NCBI GenBank assembly: GCA_035403165.1
Contig: DAONEP010000006.1
Location: forward strand, 1,496 to 65,495
Origin: Bacteroidales bacterium
GTDB taxonomy: Bacteria; Bacteroidota; Bacteroidia; Bacteroidales; UBA4417
Reading direction: 5' to 3'
DNA length: 64,000 nt
Numbering within the stretch: the first letter of the stretch is position 1; the number at the start of each line of letters is the position of its first letter. Positions 8,973 through 19,556 of the stretch are shown in pieces. The notes under the pieces were generated by a model that saw only the letters and a program-made list of their open reading frames with translations, searched no databases and had not been told where the DNA came from. The position numbers and the translations under genes were made by a program.

Positions 8973-10838
8973 ATGGCAACATTCGACTGGATTGTCCTGG
9001 GTTTTTTCTTTCTTGGACTTATCGGCATCATCATCTGGGTGCTGAGAAAGAAAGACCAGACCACGACAGACTATTTCCTTGCCGGTAAAGACGCAGGGTG
9101 GCTTTCGATCGGTTCATCGATCTTTGCATCAAACATTGGTTCCGAACACCTTGTGGGGCTGGCCGGCGCGGGATTCATCAGCGGGATGGCTATGGCGCAC
9201 TGGGAGATGCATGCCTGGTGGATCATCATCCTGGGGTGGGTATTTGTACCCTTTTATGACCGGATTAAAATCTTTACCATGCCTGAATTCCTGGAACACA
9301 GGTTTTCATCAGGATCCAGATCGGTGCTGTCGGCTATCTCCCTCGTGTCGTATGTACTCACCAAAGTAGCCGTTACCGTTTATGCCGGGGGCGTCGTATT
9401 TAAAACTGTATTCGGGATTGAATCCATCTGGGGCATTGACTTTTTCTGGATCAGCGCCATCGGGCTTGTGGTTATAACAGGGCTGTACACCATTCTGGGC
9501 GGCATGAAAGCTATCATGTACACATCGGTGCTGCAAACTCCGGTTTTACTCATCAGTTCGGTTGTTATTCTCATTGTAGGGCTCGTTAAAGTAGGCGGAT
9601 GGGCCGAAGTTGAAAGAATAGCCGGTCCGAACATGCACCTGATACGGTCGAGTATCGACCCTGAATTCCCCTGGACAGGAGTGCTGCTGGCTTCTGCCAT
9701 CATAGGATTCTGGTATTGGTGCACCGATCAGTACATCGTTCAAAGGGTGCTTTCGGGAAGGAACATGAAGGAAGCCCGACGGGGAACAATCCTGGCCGGA
9801 TATTTTAAACTCCTGCCGGTATTTATATTCCTGATCCCGGGCATGATAGCATTTGCCCTGAACCAAAAAGGATTGCTGCATGTAGGCTCCAGCGATTCGG
9901 CCTTTGCTTCCATGGTAGCCCAGTTGCTGCCTGCCGGTATGACCGGCGTGGTTGTATGCGGACTGCTGGCGGCCCTGATGAGCTCGCTGGCTTCCTTGTT
10001 CAACTCGTCTGCAATGCTCTTTACCGAAGATTTCTATAAAAAATACTGGCCCGGAAAGGGTGAAAAACATTACGTCAGGGTCGGCCGGATTGCTACCACA
10101 ACCATTGTAATCCTGGGTATTTTATGGATTCCCGTCATGATGGGGCTGGGCAAGGTTTTGTATGATTACCTGCAGGGCGTTCAGGGATTGCTGGCCCCGG
10201 CCATTGCTTCGGTATTCCTGTTGGGGGTTTTCTGGAAACGTACCACGGCAAAAGGCGCTTTCTGGGGGATGATAACCGGTTTTTCCATCGGGATGTTCAG
10301 GCTCGTCCTGAATTCATTTATCGGTGCAAAAGTGGCCCTGGTAGTTGAAGCCGAAAAATACTATCAGAAGATCGGCACCATGACCGAAGCCTTCAGGGAT
10401 CAGATAGGAAGCGGAATTGCAGGCATCAGCGGCAAAATATCCGGCACCCTCGGAAGCTCAGGAAAATCGTTTTCCTCCATCGCCGACCAGGCGTCATCGG
10501 CTTACCAGGCAGGAAAATATTCCGATGCCGCCAATCTCCTGGCAACCGCCAAAACAGGAATGGAAAACGCATTTATCGGTCAATACGGCTGGCTTTATAA
10601 AATTGCAGCCATCAACCAGTACCATTTCTGTATTATCCTGTTCGTCATCAGTATGTTAACCATCGTCTGCATCAGCATGGTCACCCCGAAACCAAACGCC
10701 CAACAACTGGAGTTTACCTTTAACGCGAAAACGGCTGAACATAAAATTACTACCAGGGCCAGTTGGAATGGCTGGGATATTTTCCACACAGCAGTCATCT
10801 TAGGCGTTGTAATCCTCTTCTACATTTATTTCTGGTAG
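8973..10838 (+). CDS. Sodium:solute symporter (SSF/SGLT family)
   Basis: 621 aa and polytopic. Typical SSF stretches are DYFLAGKDAGW, IGSEHLVGLAG and TMPEFLEHRF. A Ser/Gly-rich soluble insertion of about 100 aa lies near aa 440-545. Confidence 0.9.
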   Translation: MATFDWIVLGFFFLGLIGIIIWVLRKKDQTTTDYFLAGKDAGWLSIGSSIFASNIGSEHLVGLAGAGFISGMAMAHWEMHAWWIIILGWVFVPFYDRIKIFTMPEFLEHRFSSGSRSVLSAISLVSYVLTKVAVTVYAGGVVFKTVFGIESIWGIDFFWISAIGLVVITGLYTILGGMKAIMYTSVLQTPVLLISSVVILIVGLVKVGGWAEVERIAGPNMHLIRSSIDPEFPWTGVLLASAIIGFWYWCTDQYIVQRVLSGRNMKEARRGTILAGYFKLLPVFIFLIPGMIAFALNQKGLLHVGSSDSAFASMVAQLLPAGMTGVVVCGLLAALMSSLASLFNSSAMLFTEDFYKKYWPGKGEKHYVRVGRIATTTIVILGILWIPVMMGLGKVLYDYLQGVQGLLAPAIASVFLLGVFWKRTTAKGAFWGMITGFSIGMFRLVLNSFIGAKVALVVEAEKYYQKIGTMTEAFRDQIGSGIAGISGKISGTLGSSGKSFSSIADQASSAYQAGKYSDAANLLATAKTGMENAFIGQYGWLYKIAAINQYHFCIILFVISMLTIVCISMVTPKPNAQQLEFTFNAKTAEHKITTRASWNGWDIFHTAVILGVVILFYIYFW

Positions 10839-10897
10839 AAAAGGTTATCCTGAACAATATGCAGCATATTCCCAAGGGATCTTAACGTAATGGTCCG

Positions 10898-11602
10898 ATG
10901 ACTACCTTGCCCGAAATTTACACTAATCACAAGCCAATGCTGGTGGCGGTCGATTGTATCGTTTTCGGTTTCGACCAGTGTGAGCTTAAACTGCTGGCCG
11001 TTAAAAGACAGATGGATCCTGCCCGTGGCGAATGGTCGCTCATGGGCGGTTTTCTGGGCGGGAATGAAAGCCTCGATGAAGCCGCTGCCCGAATTCTTCA
11101 CCAGCTTACCGGGCTTACCGGTATTTACATGGACCAATTATATGCCCACAGCAAACCGGATCGCGATCCCGGTGCAAGGGTAATCTCGGTGTCATACTAT
11201 GCCCTGATCAAAATAAGCGACCATAACGGGGAACTGGCTAAAGAACATGGCGCTGAATGGTTTTCGCTTTCTGAGATTCCCCAATTGATTTTCGACCACA
11301 ACGAGATGGTTGAAATGGCTTTGCAACTGTTGCGCCGGCAGGCAAAAACCAAACCGGTCGGTTTTGAGTTGCTTCCCGAAAAGTTCACCCTGCCTCAACT
11401 CCAGGCCCTTTATGAAGCTATTTACCAGAAAGTCCTTGACCGGCGAAACTTCCGGAAAAATGTGCTTTCGATGGGGTTACTCGAAAAACTTGATGAAAAA
11501 GACAAGGCCGGATCACGCAAAGGAGCCTGGTTATATCGGTTTAACGTAGAAAAATATGACACTTTCCGTAACCAGGGCTTCTTCTTTAATGTGTCGGTGT
11601 GA
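10898..11602 (+). CDS. Nudix-fold transcriptional regulator (NrtR/AraR-like)
   Basis: The Nudix box is degenerate (GGFLGGNESLDEAAARILHQLTGL, with no REXXEE). A C-terminal winged-helix-like part follows. The gene sits directly upstream of GH127-like genes. Confidence 0.7.
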   Translation: MTTLPEIYTNHKPMLVAVDCIVFGFDQCELKLLAVKRQMDPARGEWSLMGGFLGGNESLDEAAARILHQLTGLTGIYMDQLYAHSKPDRDPGARVISVSYYALIKISDHNGELAKEHGAEWFSLSEIPQLIFDHNEMVEMALQLLRRQAKTKPVGFELLPEKFTLPQLQALYEAIYQKVLDRRNFRKNVLSMGLLEKLDEKDKAGSRKGAWLYRFNVEKYDTFRNQGFFFNVSV

Positions 11603-11730
11603 TGATATCGGTTATTCCGGAACTGTCCGCCATACCGGTTTACTAAATCTTCCGGTTTATCTCCTGAGATAAAGATGAACCGTAACCATAATTACCTTTC
11701 CTGATGACCCTGCAAACGAATCCGATTATC

Positions 11731-14118
11731 ATGAAAATAATTCCTGCTTTGCTCATCCCACTGTTGTTCACAGGTTTTTACCAAACCGCCTGCGCACAGC
11801 AACAGGATTACCCGGTACAACCTGTGCCTTTTACATCGGTGCATATTACAGATGATTTCTGGGCCCCGCGCATCCGCCGGAACCACGAAGTGACCATCCC
11901 GATAGCCATTCAGAAATGCCGCGAAACCGGCCGCATCGACAACTTCATGATCGCCGGGGGCCTTAAAAAAGGAGCTTTCTGTTCCAGTTATCCTTTCGAT
12001 GATTCGGATGTTTTCAAAATTCTTGAAGGCGCATCCTATTCACTTCAGATGTTTCCCGATGAAGCGCTTGAAAAGACGCTGGATTCCCTGATCTTTTACA
12101 TCGCAAAAGCACAGGAACCCGATGGTTACCTGTATACCAACCGGACCATTGACTCAACCCACCTGCATCCCTGGGTCGGTAAAAAACGCTGGGAAAAAGA
12201 TCCCGAGCTCAGCCATGAACTGTATAATCTAGGGCATCTCTACGAGGCCGCCGTTGCCCATTTTATGGCCACCGGCAAACGCACCCTGCTCGACGTCGCC
12301 ATTAAGAGCGCCAACCTGGTTTACAACGATTTCATCGGAAAGAAACTTACTTACTACCCCGGTCACCAGGTTATCGAAATGGGACTCATAAAAATGTACC
12401 GCGTTACCAGCGACTCCCGCTACCTTGAACTGGCAAGGTATTTTCTTGATATCCGCAAAGGCGGTGAGGAATACAATCAGGCACATAAACCGGTTACCGA
12501 ACAGGATAAAATTGTAGGACATGCCGTTCGCGCCACATATATGTATTCAGGAATGGCCGATGTGGCTGCCATTGAAGGTGTGCCGGCCTATACGTCAGCG
12601 CTCGGCAAAATCTGGGACGACCTGATCGGAACCAAATATTACATTACAGGCGGCATCGGCTCCAGCGGATCGAATGAAGGATTCGGCGAACCTTACGAAC
12701 TTCCCAACATGAGCGCCTATTGCGAAACCTGCGCTTCCATCGGGCTGGTCTTCTGGAATTACCGCATGTTTCTGCTGACAGGCGAATCAAACTATTACGA
12801 CATCATCGAACGCACCCTTTACAATGCGCTCTTATCAGGCGTTTCGCTGTCGGGCGATCATTTCTTCTATCCCAACGTACTTGAATCGCGCGGCCAGCAC
12901 GAACGCAGCCCCTGGTTCGGATGCGCCTGCTGCCCCAGCAACATCTGCCGCTTTATACCTTCTATCCCCGGTTATGTTTATGCCCGCGACAAATCGACAA
13001 TCTATGTTAACCTTTACATCCGGAATACCGCCGAGATCGACTTCAACGGGAACATGACTCAGATAACCCAAACAACAGGGTATCCCTGGGACGGTCAGGT
13101 TACCGTGACCGTTAATCCTTCAACTGCCGGGTATTTCTCACTTGCCTTGCGCATCCCGGGATGGGCAAAAGGCGAAGCCATCACCGGAAACCTGTATCAT
13201 TTCCTACCCGATGAAAATCCTCCCTTTACCCTCACCGTCAACGGCATGCCGGCAAAATATATGCTCCGAAACGGATACGCCGTCATCACACAAACATGGA
13301 AACCCGGCGATAAAGTAGGGATAAATTTCCCGATGCCGGTCAGGAAAATTGCCGCCAGTTCACGGGTGACAGCCGATCATGATAAAGTAGCCCTTCAGCG
13401 CGGCCCCCTCGTTTATTGCCTCGAAGGACCCGATAACAAAGAGGAACGCGTTTTGAACCTTGTACTTGACTCAACCGCTGATCTCCGGGCTTCCTTTAAT
13501 CCGGAACTGCTCAATGGCGTTGAAACTATTTCCGGCAAGGCGAATGTGGCTGTTAGCGAAGAGAATGGTTACCAAACGGCCGACAAACAAGATTTTACGG
13601 CAATTCCCTATTATGCCTGGGCAAACCGGGGCAGCGGGGAAATGGAGGTCTGGATACCGCTTAAAGCAACAGCAGCCCGCCCTGTTCTGCCGCCTACCCT
13701 TGCCAGCCGGAGCAAAATAAGCGGTTCAACGCAGGGAAAGTCGCTGCATTCGGTCAACGATCTCGAACTCCCTTCCAATTCAAACGATCACGATGTACTT
13801 TACTTTCACTGGTGGCCGAAGAAGGACACAACGGAATATATTCAATACGACTTCCAGGAGAAGTCAAAGGTTTCGGAGTGTACCGTTTACTGGTTTGACG
13901 ACGGTCCCTGGGGCGGTTGCCGCATCCCGGAATCCTGGAGAATTCTCTACAAATCAGGCAATCAATGGTTACCGGTGAAAACGGTTGACGGATATTCCGT
14001 TACCAAGGACAAACCGGATACGGTGAAGTTTAAAACCGTGATGACAAAAGCCCTGAAACTCGAAGTTACCCTGCAAAAAGAGTTTTCCTCGGGCATCTAT
14101 GAATGGATCGTAAAATAG
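11731..14118 (+). CDS. GH127-family beta-L-arabinofuranosidase-like protein (DUF1680)
   Basis: The signal peptide reads MKIIPALLIPLLFTGFYQTACAQ. The Zn/catalytic Cys motifs AYCETCAS and FGCACCPSN are as in HypBA1-type enzymes. Confidence 0.85.
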   Translation: MKIIPALLIPLLFTGFYQTACAQQQDYPVQPVPFTSVHITDDFWAPRIRRNHEVTIPIAIQKCRETGRIDNFMIAGGLKKGAFCSSYPFDDSDVFKILEGASYSLQMFPDEALEKTLDSLIFYIAKAQEPDGYLYTNRTIDSTHLHPWVGKKRWEKDPELSHELYNLGHLYEAAVAHFMATGKRTLLDVAIKSANLVYNDFIGKKLTYYPGHQVIEMGLIKMYRVTSDSRYLELARYFLDIRKGGEEYNQAHKPVTEQDKIVGHAVRATYMYSGMADVAAIEGVPAYTSALGKIWDDLIGTKYYITGGIGSSGSNEGFGEPYELPNMSAYCETCASIGLVFWNYRMFLLTGESNYYDIIERTLYNALLSGVSLSGDHFFYPNVLESRGQHERSPWFGCACCPSNICRFIPSIPGYVYARDKSTIYVNLYIRNTAEIDFNGNMTQITQTTGYPWDGQVTVTVNPSTAGYFSLALRIPGWAKGEAITGNLYHFLPDENPPFTLTVNGMPAKYMLRNGYAVITQTWKPGDKVGINFPMPVRKIAASSRVTADHDKVALQRGPLVYCLEGPDNKEERVLNLVLDSTADLRASFNPELLNGVETISGKANVAVSEENGYQTADKQDFTAIPYYAWANRGSGEMEVWIPLKATAARPVLPPTLASRSKISGSTQGKSLHSVNDLELPSNSNDHDVLYFHWWPKKDTTEYIQYDFQEKSKVSECTVYWFDDGPWGGCRIPESWRILYKSGNQWLPVKTVDGYSVTKDKPDTVKFKTVMTKALKLEVTLQKEFSSGIYEWIVK

Positions 14119-14138
14119 CCTTCAATGAATTAATTGGA

Positions 14139-16499
14139 ATGAAAAATATTATTATTTCAGCGGCCATCCTTTTAACCTTCAACTGCATACTCCGGGCCCA
14201 GACCTATGTGCCGGAGCTTCATAACAATAAAATCATCATCAGCCCGGCAGCCCGAATCAAGGCCTATTCCTTCAATCTCGGAGATGTTAAACTGCTCGGC
14301 GGAAGCCCTTTTGAGAACGCCATGAAAAAGGATTCCGCTTACCTGCTGACGCTTGATCCTGACCGGTTGCTGCACCGTTTTCACCGTAATGCCGGCTTGC
14401 CCGCAAAAGGCGACGTTTACGGGGGCTGGGAGAGCGAAGGGCTTTCAGGACATACGCTCGGTCATTATCTTTCGGCCTGCGCGCTCTTTTATGCCAATAC
14501 GGGCAATGTTGAATTCAGGAACAGGGTTGATTATGTCGTTTCAGAGCTCAACCTATGTCAGCAGGCCCGCAAGACCGGGTATGTCGGGGCTATTCCTAAT
14601 GAAGATACCTTGTGGGCAAAGGTTGCCCGCGGAGAAATAAGGTCCGGCGGCTTCGACCTCAACGGGGCATGGTCGCCCTGGTACACGGTGCACAAGCTGA
14701 TGGCCGGACTGGTGGATGCTTATCTTTATTGCGACAACCAGCAAGCATTAAAAGTAGTGACCGGCATGGCCGACTGGGCCGACAGCCTGCTGAAAAACCT
14801 TACCGAAGATCAGCGGCTGAAGATGCTGAACTGCGAATATGGCGGGATGCAGGATGTGTTGTCGAACCTCTGTTCCATCACCGGCAATAAAAAATACCTC
14901 GATCTCTCCCGAAAATTTGACGATGAATTTGTCATGGGACAGCTTGCCAAAGGGATCGATCCGATGCCGGGCAAACATTCCAATACCAATGTCCCCAAAG
15001 CCGTGGGTGCGGCCCGGCGCTATGAGCTCACCAGTTCGGCAAAGGACAGCACTATTGCCCGGTTTTTCTGGGAAACCATGGTCCGCCACCACAGCTATGT
15101 GATTGGCGGCAACAGCAACTACGAATACTGCGGCGAGGAAGATAAACTGAACGATCGCCTCAGCGATAACACCTGTGAAACCTGCAATACCTACAACATG
15201 CTGAAGCTTACCGGGCATTTGTTTGCCTGGGAACCCGACAGCCGGATTTTCGATTTCTACGAACGGGCTCTCTATAATCATATCCTTTCATCGCAGAATC
15301 CCGAAGATGGTATGATGTGTTATTTTACACCGCTTCGCATGGGAACACATAAAGAATTCAGCGACCCGTTCAATACGTTCACCTGTTGCGTGGGCAGCGG
15401 CATGGAAAATCACAGCAAGTATGCCGGGGCCATCTATAACGAAACCTCCGGCGGCGATCTGTATGTCAACCTTTTCATTCCGTCGCAACTAAACTGGAAA
15501 AGCCGTGAGGCCACCATCCGCCTCGAAACAGGATTCCCATACAACGATAAAGTGACGGTCACTGCCGGTCTGAAGAAGAGTCAATCGTTTACCTTGCTCA
15601 TTCGCAGGCCGCATTGGGCGGCAGGAGAAGTAAAAGTAACCGTCAACGGGAAACCATTCAACACTAAAATGAGCCCATCCGGATACCTTGAAATAAAGCG
15701 GCTCTGGAAGAATGATGATAAAGTGGTGATCCTTCTTCCGATGGACCTTCATATTGAAACCATGCCCGACAATGCCGACCGCATTGCATTCCTGTATGGC
15801 CCGGTCGTGCTGGCTGCCGATCTGGGAGATTCCCTCCCCGACCCCGTTTTCGGCGCCCCAGTACTGCTCACCGATAACCGGAACGTGAAAGACTGGGTTA
15901 AACCCGTTGATTTGAAATCGCTTACGTTCGTAACCAAAGCAACCGGACAGCCTTCCGATATCACCCTGAAGCCTTTTTATACGCTGTACAATAAGTATTA
16001 CAGCGTTTATTTCGACTTTTTTACCCGGGAAGCATGGACCGCCAGGCAGGCAGGTTATGAAGCGGCGAAGCAACAACAAAAGCTGATCGATGACCAGACG
16101 ATCGATTACTTCCGTATCGGCGAAATGCAGCCCGAACGCGACCACAACCTGACGGCATCCGAAAAATCGTATGTGGATATCGCCCTGGGACGCACCGGAC
16201 GCGAAGCAAGGGCCGACAATTATTTTACCTTCGACATGAAGGTGCAGCCGGGAATCGCCAACAGCCTGATGCTTACTTATATCGGAGACGACAAGAACAG
16301 GAAATTCGATGTTAAAATTGATGGTGTAGTGATTGCCACCGTCGACTGGAAAGGCGGTGAAACAGGCAGGTTTTACGATATGGAATACCCCATCCCGGCA
16401 GAACTTATTACCGGAAAATCCTCAGTGAATATAAGGATCGAAGCCAATTATGGCCAGACGGCAGGCCGGATATTCGGTTGCCGGACATTGAGGAAATAG
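14139..16499 (+). CDS. DUF1680 / GH127-GH146-like glycoside hydrolase
   Basis: The signal peptide reads MKNIIISAAILLTFNCILRAQ. Motifs seen are NTCETCNTYNML and FTCCVGSGMENH. The track ORF starts at 14103, overlapping the previous gene. Confidence 0.8.
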   Translation: MKNIIISAAILLTFNCILRAQTYVPELHNNKIIISPAARIKAYSFNLGDVKLLGGSPFENAMKKDSAYLLTLDPDRLLHRFHRNAGLPAKGDVYGGWESEGLSGHTLGHYLSACALFYANTGNVEFRNRVDYVVSELNLCQQARKTGYVGAIPNEDTLWAKVARGEIRSGGFDLNGAWSPWYTVHKLMAGLVDAYLYCDNQQALKVVTGMADWADSLLKNLTEDQRLKMLNCEYGGMQDVLSNLCSITGNKKYLDLSRKFDDEFVMGQLAKGIDPMPGKHSNTNVPKAVGAARRYELTSSAKDSTIARFFWETMVRHHSYVIGGNSNYEYCGEEDKLNDRLSDNTCETCNTYNMLKLTGHLFAWEPDSRIFDFYERALYNHILSSQNPEDGMMCYFTPLRMGTHKEFSDPFNTFTCCVGSGMENHSKYAGAIYNETSGGDLYVNLFIPSQLNWKSREATIRLETGFPYNDKVTVTAGLKKSQSFTLLIRRPHWAAGEVKVTVNGKPFNTKMSPSGYLEIKRLWKNDDKVVILLPMDLHIETMPDNADRIAFLYGPVVLAADLGDSLPDPVFGAPVLLTDNRNVKDWVKPVDLKSLTFVTKATGQPSDITLKPFYTLYNKYYSVYFDFFTREAWTARQAGYEAAKQQQKLIDDQTIDYFRIGEMQPERDHNLTASEKSYVDIALGRTGREARADNYFTFDMKVQPGIANSLMLTYIGDDKNRKFDVKIDGVVIATVDWKGGETGRFYDMEYPIPAELITGKSSVNIRIEANYGQTAGRIFGCRTLRK

Positions 16500-16670
16500 G
16501 TTTAAAAGAAATCATTTTATTCCTTCAATGATTCCCGGCCGGTAGTTCCGAACATGATTCTCAGTAAATTTACCGCCTTTCAGACGCTCAACCGCCGAGC
16601 GGCCAGCCCTGGCAGAGCCGTCAACGGATACAAAATCAGAAATAACCCAATCAAAAATCAAAATAATATA

Positions 16671-18485
16671 ATGAAGCGGATTACTGTTTTTTTGCTTGCA
16701 ACCTTTGCTTTTACCACCGTTTATGCCCAGCAGTGGAAGCCTGCCGGCGAAAGGATAAAAACGATTTGGGCCGAAAAGGTCGATCCGGCCAATCCTTTGC
16801 CCGAATACCCCAGACCCGGCATGGAACGGGCCCGGTGGCAAAACCTGAACGGCCTGTGGGATTATGCCATCCTGCCCAAAGGAAGCGCCATCCCTTCCGC
16901 TTTCGACGGGAAAATACTGGTTCCTTTCGCTGTTGAATCAAGCCTGTCGGGTGTTCAGAAAAGCGTGGGTGAGAACAATGAATTATGGTATAGTCGTTCA
17001 TTTTTGATACCAGCAGACTGGAAAAGCAACCATATCCTCCTGAATTTCGGCGCCGTCGACTGGAAAGCCGATATCTGGATCAACGGCATTCAGATCGGAA
17101 CACACCAGGGGGGATACACTCCTTTCTGTTTCGACATCACTCCCTACCTACTGGCCGGCAAACCGCAGGAACTGGTCGTACGGGTATGGGACCCCACCGA
17201 CAGGAGTTTTCAGCCTCACGGCAAACAGGTTTCAAGGCCCGGCAGCATCTGGTACACCGCTGTAACCGGTATCTGGCAGACTGTATGGATTGAACCGGTC
17301 GGTGAAAATCATATTCAGTCGCTGAAAACAGTTCCCGACATCGATCGGAATACCGTCACGGTAACCCCGGTGACTTCAGCGCCCGATCCTTCTGCCCTGG
17401 TTGAGGTCACCATACTGGAAGGCGAAAAAGTCATTTCGAAAGGCAGGGGTATTTCAGGGCAGCAAATTCTCCTTCCGGTGCCTGATGCAAAACTGTGGAG
17501 CCCTGAATCGCCTTTCCTGTATGATATGCAGGCAGAAGTGATCCGCAACGGCAAAGTGACCGACAAGGTGAAAAGCTACCTGGGAATGCGGAAGATTTCT
17601 TCCAAACGGGATGAAGGCGGAGTTGTGCGCCTGCAACTCAACAACAAGGATTACTTCCAGTTTGGCCCCCTTGACCAGGGTTGGTGGCCCGACGGGCTTT
17701 ATACCGCCCCCACGGATGAAGCGCTGAAATACGATATCGTTAAGACAAGGGAACTGGGCTTCAACCTGATCCGTAAGCATGTGAAGGTGGAACCGGCCCG
17801 CTGGTATTACCATTGCGACCATGAAGGAATCCTGGTATGGCAGGACATGCCCAGCGGCGACGAAGGCCCTGAATGGCAAACCGAACAGTATTTCAACGGG
17901 CAGGATGCGGTTCGTTCGGCTGAATCGGAAACCAATTACAGGAACGAATGGAAAGCCATCATCGATCTGCTGGTCTCCCATCCCTGCGTTGTGAGCTGGG
18001 TGCCCTTTAATGAATCCTGGGGCCAGTTTAAAACCGTTGATATAGCCCAGTGGACGAAGCAGTATGATCCGTCGCGATTGGTAAACCCGGCCAGTGGCGG
18101 CAATTTTTACCCTGTGGGCGATATCCTCGATATCCATCATTACCCGGATCCGAAAATGACGCTTTACGACGGCAACCGCGCCTGTGTTCTTGGAGAATTC
18201 GGTGGCATCGGGCTTGTCATCGATGACCACCTGTGGGTAAAGGACCGAAACTGGGGATATGTGCAGTACAAGACCTCGGCCGAAGCCACCGATGCCTATA
18301 TCGCGCTGGTCGAAAAACTGAAATTGCTGATTGAAAAGGGCTTTTCGGCCGCCATCTACACCCAGACCACCGATGTGGAGGTGGAAGTAAACGGTCTGAT
18401 GACTTACGACCGCAAGGTAGTGAAGCTCGATGCCGACAGGATCGGGAAGGTGAACCGGGAAGTGTGCGGTGCGCTGGGAAAGTAG
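16671..18485 (+). CDS. Glycoside hydrolase family 2
   Basis: The signal peptide reads MKRITVFLLATFAFTTVYAQ. GH2 motifs seen are HQGGYTPFCFDIT, WVPFNESWGQ and LGEFGG. Confidence 0.85.
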   Translation: MKRITVFLLATFAFTTVYAQQWKPAGERIKTIWAEKVDPANPLPEYPRPGMERARWQNLNGLWDYAILPKGSAIPSAFDGKILVPFAVESSLSGVQKSVGENNELWYSRSFLIPADWKSNHILLNFGAVDWKADIWINGIQIGTHQGGYTPFCFDITPYLLAGKPQELVVRVWDPTDRSFQPHGKQVSRPGSIWYTAVTGIWQTVWIEPVGENHIQSLKTVPDIDRNTVTVTPVTSAPDPSALVEVTILEGEKVISKGRGISGQQILLPVPDAKLWSPESPFLYDMQAEVIRNGKVTDKVKSYLGMRKISSKRDEGGVVRLQLNNKDYFQFGPLDQGWWPDGLYTAPTDEALKYDIVKTRELGFNLIRKHVKVEPARWYYHCDHEGILVWQDMPSGDEGPEWQTEQYFNGQDAVRSAESETNYRNEWKAIIDLLVSHPCVVSWVPFNESWGQFKTVDIAQWTKQYDPSRLVNPASGGNFYPVGDILDIHHYPDPKMTLYDGNRACVLGEFGGIGLVIDDHLWVKDRNWGYVQYKTSAEATDAYIALVEKLKLLIEKGFSAAIYTQTTDVEVEVNGLMTYDRKVVKLDADRIGKVNREVCGALGK

Positions 18486-18550
18486 TAAGTACTTTACGAA
18501 TATAAATGCCCGTCCGTTCCTGTTAAAAATCGTCGAATTGACAAATTTGG

Positions 18551-18580
18551 AAAAATCCGGAATTAAGCTCCGGATTTTTT
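18551..18580 (+). terminator. Rho-independent terminator after the GH2 gene
   Basis: aaaaatccgga-attaagc-tccggatttttt. Confidence 0.55.
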
Positions 18581-18785
18581 CATATCATGTGGTATGATTC
18601 CACATATTGCAGCTGAAGAGCGGTATGAACCGGCTTCACTGACGAAAGCCGGCGGAGCTGTTTTTGATGAAATGTAACGCGTTTTACAAATCTTCTCCTG
18701 TTTACAGAAAATATCCGATCATCCGGTTATTCCCGAAGTCTCGTTCAACCTTATTCTTTTCAGTCTGAGCTACAGTGCGTTTGTC

Positions 18786-19044
18786 CTAATCGTAGTGGAA
18801 TCTGCATTTTGCTATCAAAATAGTATCCTCTTTAACCTGATAAATTAATCGATGTTCATCACTGATTCTGCGTGAACAGAATCCCTTGTATTTAAATTTT
18901 AAAGTTTCCGGTTCCCCCGGTCCGGTAAAGGGATTACGCGAAATATCCTTTAGCAGGTCATTCAATCGCCGGAGCATCTTTTTTATCATTCTCCTGCCAA
19001 TAAAGATAATCTTCCCAGTACTCTTCCACGAAAATATATTTCAT
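18786..19044 (-). pseudogene. yoeB: YoeB/Txe-family toxin, frameshifted in a homopolymer
   Basis: One frame gives MKYIFVEEYWEDYLYWQENDKK from the ATG at 19044. A second frame gives KKMLRRLNDLLKDISRNPFTGPGEPETLKFKYKGFCSRRISDEHRLIYQVKEDTILIAKCRFHYD. The two join at an A6 run (T6 on the plus strand, 18979-18984). Deleting one A restores an 85-aa YoeB-length protein. Confidence 0.75.
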
Positions 19045-19322
19045 GATTCAATAAGGTCTTTTTCAAAAGAGCCGGATGATCTTAATTTTTCAATCGCCGA
19101 ATCAAGCCTTTGTTCATTAATTTTCGAAGAGAGTTCATGGTAAGTGGCCGTAAGAGAATTGTATTCTTCCAGCGACATAATAACGATTCCCCTGTCTCTG
19201 CCCCGGTTAATGATCAGCGTTTCAAAGTTTTCTGTAACCTTATCGAGATATTTTTTGATATCTCGGCGAAAATCGGAAATGGAGGCCGTAAGCATGGTTG
19301 ATTTATTTATGTACTTATTCAT
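19041..19322 (-). CDS. yefM: Phd/YefM-family antitoxin
   Basis: SISDFRRDIKKYLDKVTENFETLIINRGRDRGIVIMSLEEYNSL matches the family. Its stop overlaps the toxin ATG (ATGA). The real start is possibly Met10 at 19295. Confidence 0.8.
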   Translation of the reverse strand: MNKYINKSTMLTASISDFRRDIKKYLDKVTENFETLIINRGRDRGIVIMSLEEYNSLTATYHELSSKINEQRLDSAIEKLRSSGSFEKDLIES

Positions 19323-19340
19323 GTACTAATTTTAGTACAT
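19321..19340. promoter_or_regulatory. 9-bp perfect inverted repeat, a candidate TA operator
   Basis: atgtactaa-tt-ttagtacat lies at or just upstream of the antitoxin start. Confidence 0.4.
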
Positions 19341-19556
19341 TCATTCAATAATTGACAATTGGGATGTTCGAATGTCGGATAACGGTCAAGATTGTTTTTG
19401 CCTCTCGCCGTTCATTACTGAGTGGCCTGCTTTGAGAGATGGGAAAAGAGAATAGAAATATTCGATTTTGGGTTATTGGAACACACATTATGAAACACAT
19501 TTCTCTGATTGACAGAATGTTTTCAAATATAACAGGAACTTTTTTTATATGACCTA

